Of a stretch of DNA of 64,000 nucleotides, positions 8,093-18,007 are shown piece by piece. Source of the stretch: Gemmatimonadales bacterium (GTDB taxonomy: Bacteria > Gemmatimonadota > Gemmatimonadetes > Gemmatimonadales > GWC2-71-9); the NCBI GenBank assembly GCA_041615815.1, contig JBFJCP010000003.1, positions 32,001-96,000 of the forward strand, in the 5' to 3' direction. Every line of letters begins with the position of its first letter. The stretch's first letter is position 1. The notes below the pieces were generated by a model. It made no database searches and was not told the origin of the DNA. It was given only the letters and a program-made list of their open reading frames with translations. A program made the translations under genes and the position numbers.

Positions 8093-10044
8093 GGTATCTC
8101 CTTTTGCACACCAACGCCGTCGACCTCGGCCCTATCGCGGCCGCGCTGGCAGCGGAAGAGATCGAAACCTGCCTAGTGCATCCGAGCGAGGCCCTCCGGA
8201 TCGGAGAACGACCCACCGTCCTGGTTCTGGACGTGGCGGAATGGACCTCCTTCCATGCGGAGGATCTGCGCCGCTTCGTGGCGGCCGGAGGCTCGGTGCT
8301 GGCGATCGGCGCGCAACATAGCGACGACGTCCCGCCGGCGATCCCCGAAGACCTTCTGGCCGCGTTCGTCTCTCGACCGTACGGCCGCCGCCAGCTCCTG
8401 GTGGCCCTGCGGTCCGCCTACCGTGAAGCAGCAGCTCGACGGGACAGCCTGCGATCCCGCGAGGAAGCCGTGACCCGCACTCGAGAGCTCGGTGAGCTCA
8501 CCCGTATCGGTATGGCCCTGGCCACCGAGCGAGACTACAACACGCTGCTCGATCTCATTCTCTCCCAAGCGCTGGAGATCACGGGATCCGACGCCGGGAG
8601 CTTGTATCTGGTGGAGGGCGGCGAGGCGGACGATGAGGGTACCGAGACCGAGCGTACGCTCCACTTCAAGCTCGCCCAGAACCACTCGCGGCCGGAAATC
8701 CCGTTTATCACGCACACCATTGCCCTGGACCGTGCGAGCATCGCCGGGTACGTCGCGACCACCGGCGAACCGCTGGTGCTGGATGACGCCTATGTGCTGC
8801 CCGAGGGAGTCGAGTATTCCATCAACCGGTCCTTCGACGAGACCTACGGGTACCGGACGCGATCGATGCTGACGATTCCCATGAAGGACCACAAGGATGA
8901 GGTGATCGGCGTGCTTCAGCTCATCAACCGCAAGCGTCATCCCGACGCGAAGCTCCGATCACCCGAGGACTTCGATGCCGAGGTCATTCCGTACTCGGGC
9001 CGCCTGGTGGAGCTGGTGTCAGCGCTCGCCGGCCAGGCGGCAGTCTCCATCGAGAACAGCCAATTGTACGAGGACATCGAGCGCCTGTTCGAAGGATTCG
9101 TGCGGGCGGCCGTCACCGCCATCGAGCAACGGGACCCCACCACCTATGGCCATTCGGGGCGGGTGGCCTCCATGACGGTGGGGCTGGCCGAGGCTGTGGA
9201 TCGTGCTCCGGTTGGAACGTACCGCGATGTCGGTTTCACTCGGGAGGAGATCCGGGAAATCCGCTACGCAGGCCTGCTGCACGACTTCGGGAAGGTGGGC
9301 GTGCGGGAGCAGGTGCTGGTCAAGGCGAAGAAGCTCTACCCTCGCGAGCTCGCGCTGATCAAGCAGCGTCACGCCTTCATCCGGCGCACGGCCGAGCGGG
9401 AGTTCTACCGGCAGCGAACGGAGTACTTGGAACGGCACGGTCGGCAACAATACGATGAGTTCCGAGCCCAACTCGAGGACGAGCATCGGAAGCAGCTCGC
9501 CGAGCTGGACCACTTCATGCAAGTGGTGGCCGATGCCAATGAGCCGTCCCTCCTTCCGGCCGGCACCTTCGAGGAGCTAATCCAACTGGCCGAGCGCCAC
9601 TACGAGGACCTCGACGGACAAGAGCGCCCCTACCTCACCGACGACGAGATTCGGTTCCTGACGATTCGCAAGGGCAGCCTGGATGACGCTGAGCGCCTCG
9701 AGATCGAGAGTCACGTCACCCACACGTATCGTTTTCTCCGACAGATCCCGTGGACCAAGGAGCTCCGGGAGATCCCACGCATCGCCTACGGACACCACGA
9801 GAAGCTCGATGGGAGTGGGTATCCGCGTCGCGTGACGGGCACCCAGATTCCCATTCAGACGCGCATGATGACCGTTGCCGATATCTACGACGCCCTCACC
9901 GCATCGGACCGGCCGTACAAGCGCGCGGTACCGAGCGATCGCGCGCTGGCAATTATCGCGAGCGAGGTGGAAGGTGGGATGCTGGACGCGGACCTGGTGA
10001 AGCTCTTTATCGACGCAAAGGTGTTTCAGCGGACCGACGCGTAG
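8089..10044 (+). CDS. GAF + HD-GYP phosphodiesterase with a degenerate receiver-like N-terminus
   Basis: GAF domain (SIAGYVATTGEPL..DDAY, FDETYGYRTRSMLTIPM..VIGVLQLIN); HD-GYP motifs RDPTTYGHSGRV, LLHDFGKVG, HHEKLDGSGYP, ADIYDALTASDRPYK. Confidence 0.9.
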   Translation: MRYLLLHTNAVDLGPIAAALAAEEIETCLVHPSEALRIGERPTVLVLDVAEWTSFHAEDLRRFVAAGGSVLAIGAQHSDDVPPAIPEDLLAAFVSRPYGRRQLLVALRSAYREAAARRDSLRSREEAVTRTRELGELTRIGMALATERDYNTLLDLILSQALEITGSDAGSLYLVEGGEADDEGTETERTLHFKLAQNHSRPEIPFITHTIALDRASIAGYVATTGEPLVLDDAYVLPEGVEYSINRSFDETYGYRTRSMLTIPMKDHKDEVIGVLQLINRKRHPDAKLRSPEDFDAEVIPYSGRLVELVSALAGQAAVSIENSQLYEDIERLFEGFVRAAVTAIEQRDPTTYGHSGRVASMTVGLAEAVDRAPVGTYRDVGFTREEIREIRYAGLLHDFGKVGVREQVLVKAKKLYPRELALIKQRHAFIRRTAEREFYRQRTEYLERHGRQQYDEFRAQLEDEHRKQLAELDHFMQVVADANEPSLLPAGTFEELIQLAERHYEDLDGQERPYLTDDEIRFLTIRKGSLDDAERLEIESHVTHTYRFLRQIPWTKELREIPRIAYGHHEKLDGSGYPRRVTGTQIPIQTRMMTVADIYDALTASDRPYKRAVPSDRALAIIASEVEGGMLDADLVKLFIDAKVFQRTDA

Positions 10045-11569
10045 GAGCGCTACCCCACCCACCACCACCGGGTGTTTCGACCCGGAGCACATCCCCCGGA
10101 AGCAGGGTCACCGCCGCTCTGGCGCGCACGGCCTTCCCGTTCACGAGATTCCGCCCGACCTCCCCGTCGTCGCCCCCGTCCATTCCCCGCGGCGGATGGC
10201 GACGACGATCCGTGAGCAGACTCACCTCGACCTCTTGTAAGGCCTGGTATTCTCTGACCACTCCATCACCACCGGGATGCCGGCCGGCGCCGCCACTGCC
10301 CGGACGCAATCCGTACGTCCGCACGATGACCGGGTGTTCCAGCTCGAGAACCTCGATCGGCGTATTTCGAGTGTTGGACATTCCCACGTGCACCCCCGAC
10401 GGTCCCGGTCCCACCGCGGACGCCCCCTGCCCACCACCGAGGGTCTCGTAGTACGTCCACCCGGCACCACCCAAGACGATGTTATTCATCGTTCCCTGGC
10501 CCTGCGCCGGAACTGCCGCCCCGCGCGATAGCGCGAGGAACAGCACGTCGGCGATGCGCTGGGACGTTTCGACATTGCCGGCCACGACGGCCCTCGGCCA
10601 CGGCGCATTCACCACCGATCCCTCCGGTGCCACGACCTCCACGACCCGATGGAATCCTCCATTGGTGGGAAGCGCTTCGCCCACGAGACACCGGGCAACG
10701 AAGAGCGCCCCCGAACGCGTCACCGACAGCGGGCAGTTCACATTTCCACGGACCGCGTCATCGGATCCGGAGAAATCACACCGCAGCCCCCCATCTCGTA
10801 CCTCCACCGCCACCCGAATCGTGACATCGTCTTCGGTCACCCCATCCCCCTCCAATCGATCCTCCGCCGTGTAGACGCCTGCGCGCACGCGATCACGGAT
10901 GGCGGCCCGGGCCTGACGCTCGGCATAGTCGAAGAGATCCCGCACAGCCTGCTCGACCCCCAGCAGCCCGTACCGGGCCACCAGCTCCCGATACCGTTCC
11001 GCTCCACGCTCACAAGCGGCCAGCTGGGCCGCGAGGTCGCCTCGGCGCACCTCGGGTGTACGCACATTGGCGAGGATCAGGCGCTCGAGATCCACTTGCC
11101 GAACACCGCCCACCGTCCACCGTACTGGCGGGATGATCAGTCCCTCCTGAAAGATCTCCGTGGAGTGCGGCGGCATGCTGCCCGGCCGCACCCCACCCAC
11201 ATCCGAGTGGTGCGCCCGGACGACCGTGTAGCCGGCCACCGCGCGGTTCAGTTCGATCGCATGGACTAGCGTGATGTCCGGAAGGTGGGTTCCGCCCGCA
11301 TAGGGATCGTTAATGACATAGGTGTCGCCGGGCCCCGGAGCGAGCGAGCGCACGGCCGTCACCGCCTCCGGCATCGCCCCCAGGTGCACCGGAATGTGCG
11401 CGGCCTGCGCCACCATCTCGCCGTCTGCCGTAAACAGCGCCGCGGACGAGTCCCGTCGTTCCCGGATGTTGGGTGAAAGCGCGCTGGACACCAGGACCGC
11501 TCCCATCTCTTCGGCAATCCCGGCAAAGGCGTGGGCCATGACTCTCAGCCCGACGGCATCGAGCGTCAC
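10007..11569 (-). CDS. Hydantoinase B / 5-oxoprolinase subunit B
   Basis: SPNIRERRD.S, HIPVHLG, NDPYAGGTHLPD, HHSDVGG, GQGTMNN, ETPGGGGWG. The GTG start overlaps the upstream stop. Confidence 0.92.
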   Translation of the reverse strand: MTLDAVGLRVMAHAFAGIAEEMGAVLVSSALSPNIRERRDSSAALFTADGEMVAQAAHIPVHLGAMPEAVTAVRSLAPGPGDTYVINDPYAGGTHLPDITLVHAIELNRAVAGYTVVRAHHSDVGGVRPGSMPPHSTEIFQEGLIIPPVRWTVGGVRQVDLERLILANVRTPEVRRGDLAAQLAACERGAERYRELVARYGLLGVEQAVRDLFDYAERQARAAIRDRVRAGVYTAEDRLEGDGVTEDDVTIRVAVEVRDGGLRCDFSGSDDAVRGNVNCPLSVTRSGALFVARCLVGEALPTNGGFHRVVEVVAPEGSVVNAPWPRAVVAGNVETSQRIADVLFLALSRGAAVPAQGQGTMNNIVLGGAGWTYYETLGGGQGASAVGPGPSGVHVGMSNTRNTPIEVLELEHPVIVRTYGLRPGSGGAGRHPGGDGVVREYQALQEVEVSLLTDRRRHPPRGMDGGDDGEVGRNLVNGKAVRARAAVTLLPGDVLRVETPGGGGWGSAPTRRSAETPLRR

Positions 11570-13509
11570 GAACGCTCCACGACCAAGCTTCCACTCTCGT
11601 GCACGGTACCGGCCCACCCCGCCTCGATGCGCACCGTGGCGTCGCGACCGTCCAGCATGACCGGACCAGGGAAACGCGCCCCGGGCGTCAGGTCATCCAG
11701 CCCCGCGCGGCCCGATCCCGAACCGGCACTCCTGGCCCCATTGCTTGCGCGCAGCCGCACCGCCTCGGCATGACCGACAGAGACCAGCCGGAGGTTCACG
11801 ACTTCCACCGGCCGGTCCAGATCCGCATGGCCATACCGCGCTCGATGTACACGATGAAATGCCTCGGCAATGGATGCACCGGGTCCGGTCACGGGCACGG
11901 CGAGCTCGTAGCCTTGACCCGGGTAGCGACAATCGGCCATGCGCACGTGTCTCCCCTCGGGTAGCTCGCGACGGGCTTCGGCCTCGAGGTCGCGATACGC
12001 GGTATCCAAAGCTCGCGCCGTGAGGCCCGCCGCCGTGCGATGCAGCGACTCCACCCACTCGAGCTTCTCCGGAGCGGCAGCGAGCCCAAGGGCGGACAGC
12101 ACTCCCGGATGGGGAGGAATCAGTGTACGGGTGATGCCCAGTGATTCGGCCATGCGACACGCAAAGAGGGCGCCGGCACCCCCAAACGGGACCAATGTCA
12201 TGCGCCGAGGGTCAATGCCGCGTTCGACACTGACCCGCCGGAGGGCGCGAACCATGGCGGCGTTGGCGATCTCGATTATCCCTTCGGCACACCGCGCCAC
12301 CGTCAAACCCGCCGGCTTGGCCACACCGAGCAGCGCGGCATGGGCCAGCGACGGGTCGAGGGGGAGTTTGTCCGCGAGCGGTCGGTCGGGATCCAGCCAC
12401 CCGAGGACGAGTGCGGCATCGGTGACCGTGGGCTCCTCCCCACCCTGGCCGTAACAGGCGGGGCCCGGAACCGCTCCGGCGCTCCTGGGCCCAACCCGAA
12501 GTGCCCCCCCACGGTCCAGCCATGCGATGCTGCCCCCCCCAGCGCCGACGGTCTCGATCAGCACGTGTGGAAGGGCCACGGGAACGCCCCCCACAACACC
12601 ACCGGGTTCGGTGAGCGGATGGCCGCCCACGATGACACTCGCATCGGCACTGGTCCCGCCCATGTCGAGCGTGAGGAGATCACCGATTCCCACGGCGTCG
12701 CCGACGAGCCGCGCACCCTCCACGCCGCCGGCTGGCCCGGACAGCGCGAGACTCGCCGCTCGCACGCACGCCTGGTCCGACCGCATGGTCCCACCGTTCG
12801 AGGCCATGATGCGGAAATACGCAAACCCCTGGCTTTGGGCGTCACGACTCATGCGGTCGAGGTACGTCGATACCGCCGGACGGAGGTAGGCTTCCGCCGT
12901 GGTGGTACTCGCGCGTTCGTACTCGCGAAAGACGGGCAACACGGCATGACTGGCGGCGACAGGAACGGAGGGGAGCGCGCGCTGCAGCGCCGCGCACAGC
13001 GCCTGTTCGTGTCGCGCATCCCGAAACGAAAAGAGGAGACACACCGCGACCGCCATCGGTTCGCATGCGGCAACTGCAGCCACCACGCGATTGATCTCTC
13101 CGACGTCCAGGGGAACCAGCACATCCGTGGGCCCCATCCGCTCACGCACGCCCACGACATCGGACCGCGCGACGAGCGGCGGTGGGTGATCCTGCGAGAG
13201 GTCGTACAGGGCGGCTCGATCCTGCCGTCGCAGCCAGAGAAGGTCCTCGAAGCCGGCAGTGGTCACCAGGACCACTCGCCCGCCTGTCCGCTCCAGCAGG
13301 GCATTGGTGGCCACCGTGGTGCCGTGGATGAGCGCCGGCTCTCCGCGCTGTTCGGGGACGAGACCGCGGAGCCTGGTCCACAGGGTGGCTGGCACTCCAC
13401 CAGGCGCCGACCGCACTTTGTCCACGGCGATGGCGCCGGAGAGCGCAACGAGGTCGGTAAACGTGCCACCGACATCCACACCGTACCGAACTACGGACGG
13501 GGACGCCAC
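11566..13509 (-). CDS. Hydantoinase A / 5-oxoprolinase ATPase subunit
   Basis: GVDVGGTFTD, HGTTVATNALLER, EYERASTT, SGPAGG, DMGGTSAD, GAGGGSIA, PGPACYG, PTVTDA. Start approximate. Confidence 0.92.
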   Translation of the reverse strand: MASPSVVRYGVDVGGTFTDLVALSGAIAVDKVRSAPGGVPATLWTRLRGLVPEQRGEPALIHGTTVATNALLERTGGRVVLVTTAGFEDLLWLRRQDRAALYDLSQDHPPPLVARSDVVGVRERMGPTDVLVPLDVGEINRVVAAVAACEPMAVAVCLLFSFRDARHEQALCAALQRALPSVPVAASHAVLPVFREYERASTTTAEAYLRPAVSTYLDRMSRDAQSQGFAYFRIMASNGGTMRSDQACVRAASLALSGPAGGVEGARLVGDAVGIGDLLTLDMGGTSADASVIVGGHPLTEPGGVVGGVPVALPHVLIETVGAGGGSIAWLDRGGALRVGPRSAGAVPGPACYGQGGEEPTVTDAALVLGWLDPDRPLADKLPLDPSLAHAALLGVAKPAGLTVARCAEGIIEIANAAMVRALRRVSVERGIDPRRMTLVPFGGAGALFACRMAESLGITRTLIPPHPGVLSALGLAAAPEKLEWVESLHRTAAGLTARALDTAYRDLEAEARRELPEGRHVRMADCRYPGQGYELAVPVTGPGASIAEAFHRVHRARYGHADLDRPVEVVNLRLVSVGHAEAVRLRASNGARSAGSGSGRAGLDDLTPGARFPGPVMLDGRDATVRIEAGWAGTVHESGSLVVERS

Positions 13510-15023
13510 AGGGCCACTCCGGCGAGCAACGCCGAGAGGAGTACCACCCCCCACCCCACCCAGTCGCCGAGCCGTACGTACGGCGGGACCGCACTCGAGG
13601 TCACGAGATCGTCCACCACGAACGTCCGCTCCCCCAACCGGGTCACCGCGTACGTACGTCCAAGCGGATCCACGAACTCGGAGATCCCGGTGTTCCCAGC
13701 GCGGGCCACACCCATGCGATTCTCGATAGCACGCATCACCAAGTGAGCCGCATGCTGGTACGGTGCGCTCGTCTCCTCGAACCAGGCGTCGTTCGTGATG
13801 TTCACGATGAAATCGGCACCGCGCCGTCGATAGTCGCGGCTCAGGTCTTCGAACGCCGACTCGTAGCAGATAAGCACGCCGAATCGACCAATGGCAACCC
13901 TATAGACGGGCCCCGGCGCCCCCGCGCCGAAGCCGCCGAACCATCGCAGATCCAACCAGCGGGGATTGAAAAAGGGGACCCGCTCGACAATCGGGACCAG
14001 ATACCGCTTGTGATACACCGGCTGGGTGTCGTAGCGCCCCAGCGAATCGAAGAGGAACGCCGAGTTGTAGTACTCGTAATCCTCTCGCGTCTCGAAGATG
14101 ACGTCGTACCCGCCCACGACCAGGGGCGTCCGCGCCGACCGGGCATGCCCGCTGATCAGCTGCTTCCACGCGCGACGTCGGAAGAAGTAGTCTGGGACGG
14201 CCGCTTCGGGCCACACAACGAGATCGACGGCCTCTGTCGCAACGGCTTCGCGGGACAACCCAACGAGCGCCCGCACGATGGAGTCCTGTTGTTCACCCTC
14301 CCACTTTGCGTCGAACCCCACCGCCGGCTGCACGAGCGCCACGCGACCCAGAGTTTCCACGGGAAGGGTCCGCATCCGCCACATCCCATAGAGCCCCACC
14401 CCTGCCGTGGTGACCACTACGACGGCAGCCAACAGGCCGGCTCGCTTACGGTCGCGTCGCGCGAGCCACCCGAGGGCGAGGGTTACGTTGGCGAGGACGA
14501 GCAGCAATGTGACGCCGCGGGCACCGATCACATCGGCGATCTGGACCAAGACCGGGAACCCGGTGAGCGAGGTACCCAGACCCAGCCACGGGAAACGCAG
14601 GTCGCCCAAGTGCCCGATGAGCCACTCCAGCGTGGTCCACAGCACGGGGAACACGAGGGCCAGGGAGGCACCGGTGCGTGCGGGGATCCAGCCTGCGAGG
14701 GCAAACAGCACCGAAGTGAACAAGCCGAGGACCACAATCGTGGCGGCGTAGCCCAACGCCGAGAGCCAGGTGAAGTGCCAGAGCGCGATCACCATCCAAT
14801 ACAGCACGAGACCGTTGGTGGTGAGACCGAACCAGAAGCCCTGCACCAAGCGACGCCGGAGCGGTCGGGAATCGTCGGCTCCCGCCACCACCAGCAACAC
14901 CGCTGGGATCAGACAGGTAAACGAGGGAATGAGGGGGTGAAACGGTGGGTAGGCGAGCACCATGAGCAGGGCGCCGGCCAGGACCAGCCACCAATCCGTC
15001 CTCGGCAGCGCGAGGGATCTCAC
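13491..15023 (-). CDS. lnt: Apolipoprotein N-acyltransferase
   Basis: Multi-TM N-terminus, FPWLGLG, VWPEAA, YHKRYLVP, LICYES, NITNDAWF, RAIEN, NTGIS. Confidence 0.94.
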   Translation of the reverse strand: MRSLALPRTDWWLVLAGALLMVLAYPPFHPLIPSFTCLIPAVLLVVAGADDSRPLRRRLVQGFWFGLTTNGLVLYWMVIALWHFTWLSALGYAATIVVLGLFTSVLFALAGWIPARTGASLALVFPVLWTTLEWLIGHLGDLRFPWLGLGTSLTGFPVLVQIADVIGARGVTLLLVLANVTLALGWLARRDRKRAGLLAAVVVVTTAGVGLYGMWRMRTLPVETLGRVALVQPAVGFDAKWEGEQQDSIVRALVGLSREAVATEAVDLVVWPEAAVPDYFFRRRAWKQLISGHARSARTPLVVGGYDVIFETREDYEYYNSAFLFDSLGRYDTQPVYHKRYLVPIVERVPFFNPRWLDLRWFGGFGAGAPGPVYRVAIGRFGVLICYESAFEDLSRDYRRRGADFIVNITNDAWFEETSAPYQHAAHLVMRAIENRMGVARAGNTGISEFVDPLGRTYAVTRLGERTFVVDDLVTSSAVPPYVRLGDWVGWGVVLLSALLAGVALWRPRP

Positions 15024-16036
15024 AGCTCGATGGCGCGGCCTTCCGCGACGGATTCGCCAATAGCCTCCATCGTACGGTGGAGTACGATTTGTTCGTCCAA
15101 GCCTGGATGTTCCGTCTTGCCTCGGACGACATCCAAGAAGTGCGACCACTCGGCCCGATACGAGTGACTCAGAGCATCTTCCCGTGCCTGGGAACCCGTT
15201 GGGGTGACGTTCATCGGAGTCCCGTGAATCTCCTTGAACACCCGCAGGGGTCCGATGGTACCCGACCCATCGGACCCCATCACCTCGAACCAGAACCGTT
15301 CCTGCTGCCCGACGTGGTGCCAGGTCACATCGACGACGATCGAGAGGCCCTCTTCGCACAGAATCATGGCCCCGGCCGCATCCTCGACCGCGCTACCACG
15401 CCTCGGTTCGCTGTACCAACCTGTCACGAGCTTGGGCTTGGGACACGCTGCGATCCACAGGGCCAAGTCCACCAGCGGAAGACCCAAGTCGAACATGGCG
15501 CCTCCGCCCGATTGGGCGTGCCGGACCCGCCAGCCCGCCAGTTGGCCCGCCGGGCGCCAGATATACCAACCGGTGCGGATAGCCCGCAACGATCCCAGTT
15601 CGCCGCCCTTGATAAACTCCAATAGCCCCTGGACGTCGCTGCGAAACCGATAGTTCATCCCCACCATCACCACTCGCTTCGCGCGCTCCGATGCCGCGAT
15701 GACCTCTCGCACCCCCGCTGTGTGCAGCGCCAGGGGTCGCTCGCAGAACACGTGCGCTCCCGCCGACAACGCTGTCAGCACGTGCACGCGATGCAGGTGG
15801 TTGGGCGTGCAGACTACCACGACATCCGGGCGGCCGTACTCCAGCAGCGGTTCGATGTCGTCATACACATCCGGGATGTCAAAGCGTTTGGCCAAGGCTT
15901 GAGCCTTGGGCACATCGATATCCGCGAGGGCCACCAGCTCCACGTCCTCGAGACGGCTCAACACTCCCAGATGGGCAACCTGGGCAATGGCACCCGTGCC
16001 GATGACGCCGACGCGCACGGTGTTCCCCTCGCTCAT
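15020..16036 (-). CDS. Gfo/Idh/MocA-family oxidoreductase
   Basis: VGVIGTGAIA, CTPNHLH, HVFCERPLA, GGGAMFDLG. Confidence 0.9.
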   Translation of the reverse strand: MSEGNTVRVGVIGTGAIAQVAHLGVLSRLEDVELVALADIDVPKAQALAKRFDIPDVYDDIEPLLEYGRPDVVVVCTPNHLHRVHVLTALSAGAHVFCERPLALHTAGVREVIAASERAKRVVMVGMNYRFRSDVQGLLEFIKGGELGSLRAIRTGWYIWRPAGQLAGWRVRHAQSGGGAMFDLGLPLVDLALWIAACPKPKLVTGWYSEPRRGSAVEDAAGAMILCEEGLSIVVDVTWHHVGQQERFWFEVMGSDGSGTIGPLRVFKEIHGTPMNVTPTGSQAREDALSHSYRAEWSHFLDVVRGKTEHPGLDEQIVLHRTMEAIGESVAEGRAIEL

Positions 16037-16716
16037 GGAGTAGTGCGACGTGGAACTCGAATCATCAGGCCCCCGCGGCCGGTGAGGGTGCGGAGCTCGC
16101 TGGACAATGCCGCACGGAGATCAGCGGTCAGAAATACCGGACCAGCCAGTGCCAGATGCGTTCCCGCCGAGACCGTCCCGGCGGCGGCGATCGTGTCCAG
16201 CGCATCGTCTACGAAGGTACCGTCGATAGCCGTTCCGCTGCCGTTTCGGAAGTGTATGGCAATTCCCAAACCGATATAGGGAACCACCCGGTTGGTGAAC
16301 GGGGCAACGTACTGCAGATCGAGGCTTGCCTCCAGGTCCGCCAAGGAAATGGTGCCGACGTCGATGGCGAAGTCTCCCGTGGGGTCATCCACTACTCCAC
16401 GAAGCCGGGTCTCGAACTCGGCGATACTCTCGCTGTCGAAGTCACCCTTGAAGTACGCCAGCCCAAACAGCAAGCGGATGTTGGGCGCGATGTATCCGTA
16501 ATCCACGCGAACCGCGCCCGTGGGCTCTGCCGTCAACCGATTCGAGCCGACCGCACCGAATTCGACCCCGATCCCCGAGAACCGAAGCCCCTCGTAGCTG
16601 AATTGGTCGAAGATCTGCTGAGCCGAGAGCGGTGGGGCAAGAAATACGAGCCCCAACAGGATCCACCCGAGCCCTCGTCCGGTAGCAGAGGCGGCAGCAT
16701 GCGGAGGAGGAGTCAA
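16033..16716 (-). CDS. Hypothetical exported protein, probable small outer-membrane beta-barrel
   Basis: Signal peptide ending PLSA-QQ; alternating beta-strand patterns (PYIGLGIAIHF, terminal GGLMIRV). Start uncertain (TTG 16716 versus 16773). Confidence 0.55.
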   Translation of the reverse strand: MTPPPHAAASATGRGLGWILLGLVFLAPPLSAQQIFDQFSYEGLRFSGIGVEFGAVGSNRLTAEPTGAVRVDYGYIAPNIRLLFGLAYFKGDFDSESIAEFETRLRGVVDDPTGDFAIDVGTISLADLEASLDLQYVAPFTNRVVPYIGLGIAIHFRNGSGTAIDGTFVDDALDTIAAAGTVSAGTHLALAGPVFLTADLRAALSSELRTLTGRGGLMIRVPRRTTP

Positions 16717-16756
16717 CGCCTGCCGTCCGTGCCGCCTCTGCCTCTGCTGCGGTCCG

Positions 16757-18007
16757 TTAATACCACCGATCAAGTTTCGTCCCCGGGAAATAATTGGTCA
16801 AAATGGTCTCGCGATCCTGCCCCGCCCGAGCCCGACCGACGGCACCCCATTGGCACATCCCCACCCCATGTCCCCACCCCGCCCCCCGTGCTGTCAGCCG
16901 TTGGATCACCCCGTCGTTACCGTGGTTCGCGGTGAATTCCACCGCCGTGCTGCCGAGCAGACGTCCGGCTGGCTCGCGCAACACGGTCCGGAGGTCGGGA
17001 CCGAACACTGGAATCTCCCCCTTCCCCACACGGATCCTCAGCTCGGTCACCCGACCCGCATCGCTCCTCCGGCGGACGGTCACGTCCCGCACCGCATCGA
17101 CCACCTCCGCGTCCACGCCCATCACCGACGGCAACGTACGCCGTAATATATTGGCGAGTTCCGCACCGTCCCATTCGACCGTCCAGCGAAACCGGGGCGA
17201 GATGTCGCAGTAATACCCACCAGGACGACGATCCGACACTGAGCGGAGATAGCGACGTGGCCGTGCCGTGCGAAATGCCTCATCCGGTGCGGCCGTGGCG
17301 CCGCCACAGGTCGAATGGAAGAACGTGCTGATCAGCTCACCATCTTGGGTCAGCACGGTGCCGGCTGTTGCCCGCGTCGCGCGCCACGCCTGATCCGTCT
17401 CCGCCTTCACCCCCCCGTAGGCCTGGTCCGTCACCGTTGCCCGGAGGTCGAACCCTTCGCTCGCGAACTTCCCCAGGTTGTCGAGCGCATACGTCCGCGA
17501 TACGATCGCCTGTGCTTCGACCGCCGCTTGCTCCCCGGGTGCCCGTCGCCCCAGCTCCGCCGTTACCACCCCGGCCACATACGCCTCCAGCCCCACTTGG
17601 TTGACGGCGGTGACACCACCTTCGCGGGCGTAGACTTCGATGACACCTCGATACGCCACACCATCGACCTCGACAAATCGTCGATCGTCGAGACTCAGGA
17701 AGGTCAGCGATTCGAACCGACCGCTGGCGGCACCCGACACGACCAGCGTACGATCCGCCGCTTCGATACGGACAGCCTGGCCTTCAATGAGCCGAAACTC
17801 GGAGCCACCGCCACGCATGGCGGCCACCGCACCCTGCGCGGAGATCCGCACACCCTGGGCACGCACCACCACGCCCACGCGAACGTCTGGCTCATCGCCC
17901 GCCGTGCGGGCTGGCACTGTTGGCTTGGCGCAACCCGCCAGCGCCAGCAGGGCGCCGAGGCTAGGACCGACCGCTCTCGGCCAGAGCCTTCGCAAGCTTG
18001 TCAACAC
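16757..18007 (-). CDS. SpoIID/LytB-domain lipoprotein
   Basis: Lipobox LAGC; YVAGVVTAE, AQAIVSRTYA, DQAYGG, FHSTCGG, GWGHGVGMCQWGA, ILTNYFPG. Confidence 0.9.
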   Translation of the reverse strand: MLTSLRRLWPRAVGPSLGALLALAGCAKPTVPARTAGDEPDVRVGVVVRAQGVRISAQGAVAAMRGGGSEFRLIEGQAVRIEAADRTLVVSGAASGRFESLTFLSLDDRRFVEVDGVAYRGVIEVYAREGGVTAVNQVGLEAYVAGVVTAELGRRAPGEQAAVEAQAIVSRTYALDNLGKFASEGFDLRATVTDQAYGGVKAETDQAWRATRATAGTVLTQDGELISTFFHSTCGGATAAPDEAFRTARPRRYLRSVSDRRPGGYYCDISPRFRWTVEWDGAELANILRRTLPSVMGVDAEVVDAVRDVTVRRRSDAGRVTELRIRVGKGEIPVFGPDLRTVLREPAGRLLGSTAVEFTANHGNDGVIQRLTARGAGWGHGVGMCQWGAVGRARAGQDRETILTNYFPGTKLDRWY

